Shown here: one piece after another, positions 12,127-24,176 of the stretch
Numbering within the stretch: position 1 is the first letter of the stretch
Layout of the letters: each line of letters begins with the position of its first letter
DNA from: Phaeosaccion multiseriatum
Lineage: Eukaryota > Protista > Ochrophyta, other classes
Length of the DNA: 64,000 bases
Direction: 5' to 3'
Assembly (NCBI GenBank): GCA_965112735.1
Contig: OZ218955.1
Location: 2,728,001 to 2,792,000, forward strand
Position numbers and translations under genes: made by a program
The notes under the pieces: generated by a model
Told to the model about the DNA's origin: nothing
Seen by the model: only the letters and a program-made list of their open reading frames with translations
Databases searched by the model: none

Positions 12127-15100
12127 TCCGGCGCGTGCCTGTGACTTTCGAGACTGTGCACGAATACCAGGAGGTAAGCACTGCTCTTCCTCTCTCTCTG
12201 TCCTATGGCCCTCTCTCTCTCTCTCTGTCATGACGACTTTCTCTCTCTGTACTGATTCTCGCACTCTCCCTGTCCTGACGCTCACGCTCTCTCTGTACTA
12301 ACACTCATGTTCTCTCATTGTCCTGGCAGCCAGCCTGTCCTAAAGCCTCTGCTCTCTGCCCTGACATACTCTCTCTGTGTCCTGACACTCTCTCTCAAAG
12401 GTGTTCTTCCCCCTCCTCCTGAGAGAGACCAGGGAGTCCATCGCAGTCAGTTTGGGGCGGGAGGCAGGAGGAGGAGGAGGAGGAGGAGGAGGAGGTGGAG
12501 GAGCGGGCGGGGGAGGGGAGAGAGACAGCGGTCCCGGGACGTACGGACAAGTGCAAAACGCGTACTCCGTGGACGGCGGGGGCAATGGTCATGCCAGGGG
12601 TGGGGGAGGAGGAGGGTTTCCGAGCGGTGGCGGCTCGGTGGAGGCGGGGGGCGCGCTGTATGTGCTCACTGTGCAGCTGGAGAAGCCCAAGAGCGGCTGC
12701 AGTAGCGGGGGCCGTGAATGTCCCTTCTACGGAGGGGACCTGCTTTGCTTAGAAAGTGACTCCTGGCATCAGGGGGACGGAGGAGGGCAGGGGGGAGGAG
12801 GAGGAGGAGGAGGAGGAAGAGGGGGAGGAGGAGGAGAAGGAGGAGAAGGAGGAGGAGGAGGAGAGTCGACGATGCCACGTGTGGCGCTGGGGGTTTGCTT
12901 GACTTGGGATCCCGAGTACGACAGCGCCGCTCCGTGCGCCAAACTCGACGCAAACGCAGCGGACTGGGGCAAGGGTGGGGCCGTAGTGCTCAGGGTACTA
13001 GTGTGTGTGGGGGGGCACACAGGGGGAGGGGGAGGAGGGGCTGGGACGGGAGCGTGGATGCCCGCTGCCCGGCTGCTGGCGTGTCAGTCGCAGATGACAA
13101 GGCTGAAGCTTTCTTACGTGGGATCGTTAGTCACGGGTGCAAGGGAGTACCAGGTGAGGAAGGGAGGGAGGGAGGGAGGGAGGGAGGGAGGGAGGGAGGG
13201 AAGGAGGGAGGGAGGAAGGGAGGGAGGAAGGGAGGGAGGAAGGGAGGAAGGAAGGGAGCGAGGGAGGGAGGGAGGGAGGGAGGAAGGGAGGGAGGAAGGG
13301 AGCGAGAGAGGAAGGAAGGGAGGAAGGGAGGGAGGAAGGGAGGGAGGGAGGAAGGGAGGAGGCAATTTCCGACACTTCCCATAGAGCAAGGGGGGTTAGG
13401 CGGCCAGGCTTTTAAAGCTTTGGCTGACAGGACGTGCCGGCCATACCCTCCCTCATCTCCTCCTTGGGGCTTGCCCTCCTCCCTTCCTTGGCTTGCTGCC
13501 CTCCCCTCTTTGGCTTGCTGCCCTCCCCTCTTTGGCTTGCTGCCCTCCCCTCTTTGGCTTGCTGCCCTCCCCTCTTTGGCTTGCTGCCCTCCCCTCTTTG
13601 GCTTGCTGCCCTCTCCTCTTTGGCTTGCTGCCCTCCCCTCTTTGGCTTGCTGCCCTCCCCTCTTTGGCTTTCCCTAACCTCCTCCTCCCCTCCGTCGCTC
13701 CCCTTCGCTCTCCTCTATCTTGCTGTGCTTCATTTGCGTCGTGTGGTGTGACTGTATCACCAACTGCTGTACCCGTGCCAGGCTCTCATGTCTGTGTCGG
13801 AGCTCAGTCCTGTGCTACAGCGCACTCTCCTCGCAAGGCCCCACAGCGTAAGGCCCTTGCAAGCGGCGGCCCGGCAGGCATACGGGCAAGCATATGGGCG
13901 TGCGGCAGTAGGAGCCCCTGCGACAATAGCAGTTGGTAATACAGCGAAAGCCACAGTTGGTGATACAGCAGTACCAGTTGGTGATACAGCAGCACCAGTT
14001 GATGATACAGGAGCTGCAACGGCCTTGCCCCCGAGGGTGCCCCTTCGGCTGTGGCGCGTGATGCAAGGGAGGTTTGACGCCTCTCAGCTCAGAGCCATCG
14101 CAGCAGTCGCCAAGGGACTGCCCAGCGGAGTCACACTCCTGCAAGGACCTCCGGGGACGGGCAAGGTGAGTGAGTGAGTTAGTGAGTGAGTGAGTGAGTG
14201 AGTGAGTTAGTGAGTGAGTGAGTGAGTGAGTGAGTGAGTGAGTGAACCATATGAGTGGGATGGATTGGCCATCTCATCTCTGTTGTCTCTCCCTCTTGAT
14301 CTCTCATCTCTCTCTTGATCTCTTGCCCCTCTCTTCCTCTCTCTCTCTCTCCCTCCCTCCTTCCCTCCCTTCCTTCCTCACTCACTCACTCTCTCACCCA
14401 CTCACTCTTTCCTCTCTCTCTCTCCCTCCTTCCCTCCCTTCCTTCCTCACTCACTCACTCACCCACTCACTCTTTCCCCTCTCCCTCTCCCTCTCTCTGT
14501 GTGCGTATCTGTGTGCATGTGTGTGTGTGTGTGCGTGCGCTCCTAAAGACCCGTACCCTGCTGGGCATTCTAAGCGTGCTTCTTGCGGGTGCGTGTCCGT
14601 CACCGGGTGGGGAGGAGGGTCACAGCAGCAGCAGCAGCAGCAGCAGCGAGGGGGGAGCCGCAGGGATGGCCCGGGGGGGCGACGCCGGCGCAGGTAAGGA
14701 TAAGATAAAGGCGTGATAATAAATGCACGTAAGCACGCACGTAAGCATACATACACGTACTCCAAGTGCCACCCTGCTCCTCATCCCCGCTCGTCTGAGC
14801 CAGTCTGAGATGCATGTTGTGCCCCCCCCCCCACCCTGCTCGCTCTGACCCGCTCTCTCTGACCCGCTCTCTCTGACTCGCTCTCTCTCTCTGACCCGCT
14901 CTCTCTCTCTGACCCGCTCTGCTGACAGGGGGGGCGGCCGCGAGGGTGACCATCGGGGCGTCGCTCAACAGGACACAGGGCGGCGGGGCAGGGAGCAAAG
15001 CCATGCTCGGGCCCAAGGTGAAGGTGCGTGCACGTGCAAGTGTGTGTAAGAAGGCGGGAGGGTGCGAGTGGGTGTGTGGGGGGGGGGTGCGTGGGTGCGT

Positions 15101-18100
15101 GGGTGCGTGGTACACTATCCGAAGTATATGGATGGGCACACACCACCTCCCTAGCCTGCATCCCATGCCCCATACTCCATACCCTATACCCTATACCCAA
15201 CACACTAAACCCTATACCCTATACCCCATAGTCCTACACCCCATACCTTATATCCCATACCCTTTTCCCTATACCCTATACCTTATATCCCATACCCTAT
15301 ACCCTAATATCCACACCCTATCCCATACCTTGTATCCCATACCCTATACCCTGTCCCCTATACCCAATACCCTATACCCTCCATACTCCAAACCCCATGC
15401 CCCATACACCATACCCTATTCCCACCCCCTCCCCCAGGCTGCCGTGGCATCTGCCTCAGTGCTGGTCCCTCGTGAGGTGCGCGTGTTGGTTGTCGCTCCA
15501 TCCAACGCGGCGGTGGACGAGATCGTCGCCAGGCTGTTGAGGGAGGGGCTACTCGACGACAGAGGTGAGTATGTACGCGGAAGTAATGATACTTAAGAAG
15601 AGCGTAAGAAGAAAGAGTGCAGGAGAAGGAGTACTACAGAAGGCGCTCGTGTGTTATACGACTCGACTGTGGACTCGGACTACCACTACTACACGCACTC
15701 CCTCACTCACTCACTCACTCACTCACTCACTCACTCACTCACTCACTCACTCTTTCACTCACGCACTCACTCACTCACTCACTCACTCACTCAATCACTC
15801 ACTCACTCTTTCACTCACTCACTTTCTCATTCACTCATTCATTCACTCACTCATTCATTCAATCACTCACTCACTCACTCACTCACTCACTCACTCGCTC
15901 ACTCACCCACCCACTCACTGACAATAGGCGATGTGTGGAAGCCTGCAGTGGTGCGCGTGGGTTCCTCCTCCGGTGGTCGCGACGAACCGCAACAGCAGCA
16001 GCAGCAGCAGCAGGGAAGGGGTGGTTCGTTCTCTTCGTCCTCCTCGGGCAGAGAGGGACAAGAGGGGCAGAAACGTGACTCTCAGCCGGGACAGGCAGTA
16101 GGGCTGGAGGGGCTCGCGGAGAGGCGCAGAAAGGCGGTGAGTGACCCTGTTGGGTCCCTTTATTCGCTCCATCGTCCATCTATTTACTGTCCTGCCTCCC
16201 CTCCCCTCCCTTCCCCTCCACCATCCATCCATTTACTGTCCCCACCTCCCACATACCCCTCCCCTCTCACCTTCTCACACCCCTCTCCTCCACCATTGAT
16301 GCACTGACTGTCCCCCCTCCCTACCCCCCTCCACCCCGTCAACCATCGATCTATCAGCTCCGCTCCTCTCTATGGCCCTCCTGTCTCGGCCCTCTCCTCC
16401 CTCCCCTCCCTTCTCACCCTCGATCATCCATCCTTTGGCTCTCCTTCCTCACCCCTGCTCCACGCAACAACTCCGCCCCTCCCCACCTCCCTCCCTCCCT
16501 GCCCCCGGCCGTTCCCATCAGGTTGGTGGCAGTCTGGCTCAGGCGCGAGTGGACGTGTTATGTCGGGCAAGAGTGGTGCTTGCCACCCTCTCCGGCTGCG
16601 GCTCCCAGGCCCTCGTGGAGGCACTGCTCAGCTCCCAAGGTAAAGGAAGGAAGGGGGAGGTGGGTGGGTAGGTGGGAGGGAGGGAGGGAGGGAGGGAGGG
16701 AGGGAGAGTGGGAGAAAGGGAGAAAGGGAGAGAGAAAGGAGGAGGGAGAGAGGAAGTGAGGTGGGAGGGAGGGAGGGAGGGAGGGGGGGGGGGGGGAGAG
16801 TGGGAGAAAGGGAGAAAGGGAGAAAGGGAGGGAGGAGGGAGAGAGGGAGGGAATGTATAGTCGTTCCTTGACCCTTGTCACAAGCAACATCGCCACCCCT
16901 ACTCTACACACCCGCCCGCATCCCTCCCCCCCCCGCCCTCCCCTCTCTCAGGCTACGGCTCCTCCTCCTCCTCGCCATCGGGCTCTGCCTCTCTCCACTT
17001 CGATGCTGTGGTGGTGGATGAGGCGGCCCAAGCCACGGAGCCCTCGAACCTCATCCCCCTCAAGACAGGAGCAAGGTGCCTCGTGCTTGTAGGGGACCCT
17101 AACCAGGTATGGGGTATGGGATATGGGATATGGGGTATGGGGTATGGGGTATGGGGTATAGGGTATTGGGTATTGGGTATAGGGTATAGTGTGTTGGGTA
17201 TAGGGTATGGGATGTGGGCTGGGGTATGGGGTATGTGGTATGGGGTATGGGGTATGTGGTATGGGGTGTGGGGTATAGGGTATGGGGTATAGGGTATGGG
17301 GTATGGGGTATAGTGTGTTGGGTATAGGGTATGGGGTATGTGGTATGGGGTATGGGCTATGTGGTATGGGGTATGGGGTATGGGGTATGGGCTATGGGGT
17401 ATAGGGTATAGGGTATTGGGTATAGGGTATAGTGTGTTGGGTATAGGGTATAGTGTGTTGGGTATAGGGTATGGGATGTGGGCTGGGGTATGGGGTATGT
17501 GGTATGGGGTGTGGGGTATAGGGTATGGGGTATAGGGTATGGGGTATGGGGTATAGTGTGTTGGGTATAGGGTATGGGGTATGTGGTATGGGGTATGGGG
17601 TATGGGGTATGGGGTATGGGGTATAGGGTATGGGGTATTGGCTATGGGGTATAGGGTATAGGGTATAGGGTATTGGGTATAGGGTATAGTGTGTTGGGTA
17701 TAGGGTATGGGATGTGAGCTGGGGTATGGGGTATGTGATATGGGGTGTGGGGTATAGGGTATGGAGTATAGGGTATGGGGTATGGGGTATAGTGTGTTGG
17801 GTATAGGGTATGGGGTATGTGGTATTGGGTATGGGGTATGGGCTATGGGCTATGGGGTATAGGGTATGGGGTATTGGCTATGGGGTATAGGGTATAGGGT
17901 ATGGACTATGGGGTATAGTGTGTTGGGTATAGGGTATGGGCTATGGGCTATGGGGTATGGGGTATGGGGTATGTGGTATGGGATATGGGGTATGGGATGT
18001 AAGGTATGGGGTATGGGGTATGGGGTATGGGGTATGGGGTATGGGGTTTGGGGTATAGGGTATGGGGTATAGGGTATAGGGTATAGGGTATTGGGTATAG

Positions 18101-19061
18101 GGTATAGTGTGTTGGGTATAGGGTATGGGGTATGGACTATGGGGTATGGGGTATGGGGTATAGGGTATGGGGTATAGGGTATAGGGTATTGGGTTTTGGG
18201 TATAGTGTGTTGGGTATAGGGTATGGGCTATGGGCTATGGGCTATGGGGTATGGGGTATGGAGGATAAGACGTATGGCGTATGGGGCATAGTAGGTAAGA
18301 TGCCTCTTGCGTGCTTGTAGGGGACCCTACTCAGGCATGGCGGTATATGTGTATGTGGGGTATGGGGTGTGGAGGGTATGAGGGACAGGGCATCTGTGCC
18401 CCTTCATGCACATCACTTTTAACCGCTCCCTCATGCCCTCTCCCCTCTCCCCTCACCCCTACCCAGTTGCCAGCGACACTCTTCTCCCCCTCGGCGGCAG
18501 CGGCTGAGTACGGACAGAGCCTGTTCCAGCGGCTGCAAAGGAGCGGTCACCCCGCACTGCTCCTCGACACGCAGTACCGCATGCACCCGGAGGTAAGGGG
18601 GGAAGGACCTATCTCGAGGGGAGCTATATAGGGGGGTATGGACCTGTCTGCCTATGGAGGGCATATATAGGGGGGGATTTAGTGGGGGCCTCTGGTATAC
18701 CCAACCAAGAACACCACTCGTCTGTGAGGTGCTCTGGTGCTGTCGGTGACCGCCATCTGAGTCATCTTTCACCTCTTACGTCCCCTCTTCCTTCCCTCTC
18801 CCTCTTGCGCCGCGCTACTCTACCACGCCGCCTTAGGTGTGCTCCTTCGCTTCTCGCTACATCTACCATGGCCAGCTCAAGAGCTCCGTCACAGTCACTC
18901 CAAGGTGCGGCAGGGAGGGTGGGTGGGTGGGTGGGTGGGTGGGTGGGTGGGGGGTGGTTGGGGGGTGGTTGGGGGTGGGTGGTTGTGTGGGTCTTTGAGA
19001 TGGAGGTGGAGAGGGGTGCGCCACACACATAGTCGCCATCTGTGTTTTGTTTTGAAGAAGG

Positions 19062-19103
<42 letters not shown>

Positions 19104-20048
19104 CTTCTCTCGAAGCTCTCTCTCTCTCACCCCCCAACCACCCAACCACACACATCCAACACCCAACTACTGTACCCACCCCTTAGATCGCATGGGCAGG
19201 CGTACCACTCGCACCCCCTCTTTGCCCCCTACCGCTTCCACGATGTGTCTGATGGGCGCCTGAGCCGCGGCACCAGCAGGGGGGGCGGCAAGGGGGCTTC
19301 CTGCAGCAACAGGCAGGAGGTCATGTACATCGTTCGGCTGCTCAGGTGAGTGTTGGCAGGGGTGAGAGGGGAGGAGAGGAGTGGGAGGGGAGGAGGGGAG
19401 TGGGAGGGGAGGAGGGGAGTGGGAGGGGAGGAGGGGAGTGGGAGGGGAGTGGGAGGGGAGGAGAGGAGTGGGAGGGGAGGAGGGGAGTGAGAGGGGAGGA
19501 GAGGAGTGGGAGGGGAGGAGGGGAGTGTAGGAAAGGAAGTGGGAGCCGACTTTGAGCTTGGCTTGTATGTTGCAGTGGCGCTGCTCTCAAGCTTTTCGTG
19601 CTGGCCCTTGTGGCTCCTCTTGCTGTGCCACCAACTGTTGTACCACCAATTGCTGCTGCCGTATCGCCTGAACCCGGCCCATTAACATGCTCTGCTACTG
19701 CCCTTTGCCTGCTCTTTGCCTGCTCTGCGGCTGCGGTATCACTCACTGCCGCAGGGAGCTGCGTGCTTGCTTCCCCAGCGTGGAGCTGCGGCACCGCATC
19801 GGCATCATCGCCCCCTACCGGGCCCAGATCCAGCTGCTCAAGCAGGTTAGTAAGTCATTAAGGCAGTCAGTCGTTAGGGCCGTAGCCCTTGATCAGCCAT
19901 CAGTCCCTTCATGGTGCACGCACACACACGCACACACACACTCACACACACACTCTCTCACACACACACACACTCACTCACACACACACACACACACACA
20001 CGCACACACACACTCATACACACACACACTCACACACACGCGCACGCG

Positions 20049-20096
<48 letters not shown>

Positions 20097-21266
20097 CATA
20101 CGCACACACACACAAAGCCGAAAGCCGCGCACGCCCGTAGCATGTATAACCGTCTGCTTGTATCCCTCTCCATTGCATATCACCAACCTGTGTATCTCCA
20201 ACCTGTGTATCACCAACCTGTGTATCACCAACTGCTTGCTGCAGGAGGTGCCTGCTGCACTGGGTCTGAGCGGTGCCGCGGCGCGAGAGCTCGACATCTC
20301 CACTGTGGACGGCTTCCAAGGGTGTGAGAAGGACATTATCGTCTTCTCCTGCGTCAGGGCTCCGGAGGAGGGGCACGGGCAGGGGCAGGCAGGAGGAGGA
20401 GCTGGGGCAGTTGGTGATACGGGAGTAGCAGGAGGCGGGGGGCTCCCGCGGGAGGGCGGCATCGGCTTCCTCGCTGACTGGAGGTGGGTGGGAGGGTGGG
20501 TGGGTGGGGAGGGCAGAGGCAGAGAGCCCACAACACACACACACACACTCCATCTCTCTGTCTCACACACGCACAGTCGCACAACACACATGGACAGATA
20601 CGCCCTGCCACGCCGCTTCACTTCACTTGACTTCACGCGCCTTTGGACCCCTTCCGCCTCCTCTGACCTCCCTTCCCCCTCCTCCCCTCTCGCCCCCCCC
20701 CCCACCCCCTTTAACCCTCTTTTCCCTCCCCCTTTAGGAGGCTGAATGTGGCCATCACCCGTGCCAAGTACGCGTGTTGGATCGTCGGGCACGCCGACAC
20801 TCTGCGACGAGGGGACAGCGGAGAGTGGAGAGACCTGCTGAAGGACTGCGAGGGCAGAGGCTGCCTTGTACAGGGAGGCCTGGGGGGGCTGGGGCAGTGG
20901 ACGCACAGGGGCATGGGCATGGGCGGCTCCCATCGTCACCACCACCAGCAGCAGCAGCAGCAGCAGCAGCAGGAGCAGCAGCAGCAGCAGTACGGACGGC
21001 GAGGACGACAGCAGCAGCAGCAACAGCGGCAGCAGCGGCAGCAGTCGTATGGGCAGCAGCCGCGCAAAGGAAAGCCGCGGAAGCCGAAGCTCAAGGCCGA
21101 CCACCGCGGGGGTGGTGGCCCAGGGGGGCAGCACCCAGGGGGGCGGAACCCAAGGGGGGCTCCTGGGCACGGCCTGAGAGCAGGGAGTGTCGCCACCCCC
21201 TCACCGCCCCCTCCTCCACCCCCTCCTCCCCCATCTCCTCCGCCACAGCCATCGCCACAGCCATAG
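9072..21266 (+). CDS. SETX: Sen1/senataxin-like (UPF1-family, SF1B) RNA/DNA helicase with a long disordered N-terminus
   Basis: About 16 exons (9072-11520, 11776-12173, 12401-13153, 13782-14165, 14549-14693, ~14929-15020, 15438-15564, 15928-16136, 16522-16639, 16952-17106, 18467-18592, 18837-18904, 19187-19345, 19755-19845, 20245-20483, 20738-21266). Motifs occur in order: LLQGPPGTGK|T, VLVVAPSNAAVDE, VVVDEAAQATEP, LVGDPNQ|LPAT, SLFQRL, LDTQYRMHPE, IGIIAPYRAQ, TVDGFQGCEKDIIVFSCVR, IGFLADWRRLNVAITRAK. The FETVHEYQE-VFFPLLLRET segment is typical of the Sen1/MAA3 subfamily. The symbol is a family-level call. Confidence 0.88.
11911..12022 (+). repeat. 12-bp coding minisatellite (AGTGTTGCTAGC), ~9 copies, encoding (SVAS)n in exon 2 of the helicase
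   Basis: Perfect tandem copies, in frame with the exon. Confidence 0.9.
13488..13670. repeat. 22-bp minisatellite (TTGGCTTGCTGCCCTCCCCTCT), ~8 copies, intronic
   Basis: Unit starts at 13488, 13510, 13532, 13554 and onward. Confidence 0.92.
15160..15425. repeat. Degenerate (CCCATAC/CCCTATA)n heptamer tract, intronic
   Basis: This is the reverse complement of the 17107-18260 satellite, in more degenerate form. Confidence 0.8.
17107..18260. repeat. ~1.15-kb G-rich heptamer satellite (GGGGTAT/AGGGTAT)n, intronic
   Basis: It begins at the GT donor after the LVGDPNQ exon and carries recurring higher-order blocks (AGTGTGTTGGGTAT). Confidence 0.95.
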
Positions 21267-21790
21267 CCACAGCCATAGCCACGGCTGTAGCATGGGTCCG
21301 AGTGCGGCCAGCGGTAGACGCGGCTGACGGCAAGCGGGCATGAGCTTCAGCAATGCGTGATTGATTTTAATTAATTCCAATTCCTCCAGGGATTTCTTGT
21401 TGCCGTGTGCTTTCTCCGCCTAATGCTTTGTGTGTGATGCTGCTGCTGCAGTTCCAGCGCCCTTGGCATGGAGGCCCTTGCCTCAAGCAAAGCAGCCCTC
21501 CATCCCTCCGTCCCCCTTCCCCCTCCCCTCGCGTCACCCGTCTACTGCTCGCCCCCACGCCTCCTCAAAGCCCGTGGGCGCACACTATCGAGGCTACTCA
21601 GGGGTACCTAGGCAATCGCTTCGGCTGCTGCACTGCACCTCATCCATCCCCCACAGGCAGCGCCCTCCTCTTGTTCTTCGCTGCTCGACGGACCGCTGGG
21701 CTGCTGCTCCTCCTCCTTGCCCTTCCTGTCCACGCGATACCTTCCAGTCTGGATTCAGAGGATAGGTAACAGTCCAGCAAAAAGTACGAC

Positions 21791-24134
21791 TTACGACACA
21801 AGCTGCATGTTGATGAGCTCGCTCGGCATGCCGAAGCCCGCGTTACCAATCTTGTACCACTGTTGTACCATGCGGTGGGCCTCCTCCACCTTGTTCCGCT
21901 CACCGGCGACGTTCCGTACTCTCCCTCCTCTCTGTCCCCAGCGTCCTCCTCCTCCCGACTGCTCAAGAGTCGTAAGAGCTCCTTCAAGGCTCGAGAACAA
22001 GCGGAGCAGGGGCAGCGCACTTGCAGTAACGGGTGCGTCGGGAGAGGAAACGGCCAGTGCTTCTTCATAGCACCTCACCGCTTTGGCAGCTGTCTCCAAG
22101 CCAAAGCTTGAGGCTTGTGCGTACAGCATGAACGCCAGGTGCGGCTGTTGGTCATCCACCGCCAGGCGAGGTGAGAGCGCTCTCATCTGCCGCACGAGGG
22201 AAGGAGGCACCCTTTGCCCTGCCTTACGGCTTTGACGGGCAAGTCGCATGAGCTCCATGGCCTCGGCGAAGGCCTCCGGATGCCTCCCGTGGGCAGTGCA
22301 GAGAGCGCAGGAGCACCGAAAGCCCCAGCCTGGTGGGTACGGGATGGATGGTGCGACGCAGAAGGCAGACAGGCACCCGTTAGGTATGGATGAAGCAACG
22401 GCCATATCTCTTCTAATCTTTCCACTTCTCTTGCTTGCCTTGGATGAAAGAGGCCCCACCAACCGGCCGTGGGACAGCACTGCTAGCAGCAGCCCCTACA
22501 CCAGCGAGGAAGTGAAGTTCTAGTGCGTCGGTGTACATGATCGTGAGCTCCTGACCCTTCGGGATGGCAAACCTTGTAGTGATCAGCATCACGTCGCCGC
22601 CCACCACACATCGGCCGCAGTTGGCCACGCTGGGCCGAGGGGAAGGGACGAGAGGGGCGCGTGACGGGACAACCACACAGACAACCGCAGGTATCAGTCA
22701 CTCTCCTTTAACAATCAAAACATGGACCCCCCTCGTCTCTGATGTCTGCGTCGGCTCCGTGTCCTTCAAGACTTACCACGAGTGATTGAACAAACTTGGC
22801 ACGGGGAAGAAGCCGGTACCTTGGCTCGGCGACACAGCAGCCGCAGTAGGCGCGATACAAAAGTTGCAACGTGTCATGGTTTGGAAAAGTGCCCCTATAT
22901 CCACGTCGCCAACCCTCGCACCGCAATGCCCATCACCCTCTTCGTAGCATGTGGCCGCAGAGTGGCCTTCTTGCTGGTCTTCCTTCCCGCCCCCGAATGC
23001 AGCGTCGTCCTCCGACGAGGCCTCTGCCGGCCCGCCAGCATTCTCCTCCACGTGGCCGTGTCCGTCACCGCCCCCATCCCCCTCCCTCTCGACTCGGAAG
23101 CCCACCTTCTGCGCTTGCAGAATCCTCTCCGCCTGCAAGTCCACGTCCAGAGGCATGCATGAAGAGGAATTGTTCTTGTTCTTGTTCTTGTTCTTGTTCT
23201 TCGGATCCACCGTCGTCGGAGCTGGCACCAGCCACGGCACGACGTGGGCTGCGCGCCCCCCCGCAAGGAGCGATTGAAGTACCTGCCACTTGCAGTTGGC
23301 CTCGCAGGGCCTGTTCCTACGCTTTGTGCCGAGGTTGTTGAGGGAGCCGTAGACAGACGACATGGTGCTCGCTCCGAGGGCCTTGGAGCCCACGATGAGC
23401 GTTCCTGCGGGGATGGCAGCGGACGCCACCACGCCTTCTCTCAGCCACACATCGTCACGGTGGGAAGGGAGAACACGAGAGGGAGGGAGGGAGGGAGGGA
23501 GGGAGGGAGGGAGGGAGGGAGGGAGGGAGGGAGGGAGGGCATATCAGAAGCAGAGCACAGAAGTAGCAAAAGAATAGAAGAAGACATGAAACGGCAAGGC
23601 AGGGCAAACGGCAGGGCAAAAGGCAGGGCAAAAGGCAGGGCAGTGGTCTGTGACGCACCGCGGCACTTCTTGTCCTCGATGTAGGCAAGCTCGATGGCTG
23701 GCGAGGCGAAGCTGTGCAAGGCGCTGGGCACGCGGGGTGGTGCGTGCTCCGCGGCCTCACTCGTTGCCCCGACGGGGTTGGTGGTACAGTCGGGCTTGGG
23801 CCGCCTTCTCAGCTTCTCTTGCTCCTCCTTCAGCCGAAGCAGCGGGTCGATACTGTAACTGTAACCACGTGCTGTGGGTGGCTGGCTGACGGTGAGGGCG
23901 GCTAGGCGCTTCTGCAGCGCAGCCACGTCAGCTCCACCGCCCGCCGCCTCCAAGAATGCCTTGTGACGCTCCAGCACGGCCCCTGCTTGGGGGTAGGCCT
24001 GGAGCTGCACGAGTGCGCAGGCAAGGCGGTAGGGAGCCTTACATAGCCTCTTCAGAGCCTCGGCACTTGGGGAGGGGGCTCGCTCAAGCCTGAGAAGGAT
24101 CAGCTCCGTGGCCTGTCACGGTGTGTGTGTGTAT

Positions 24135-24176
<42 letters not shown>

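Noticed and set aside
17107-18260. Interstitial telomere
   Set aside because: The unit is GGGGTAT/AGGGTAT rather than TTAGGG or TTTAGGG, it is degenerate, and it lies within an intron of an intact gene.
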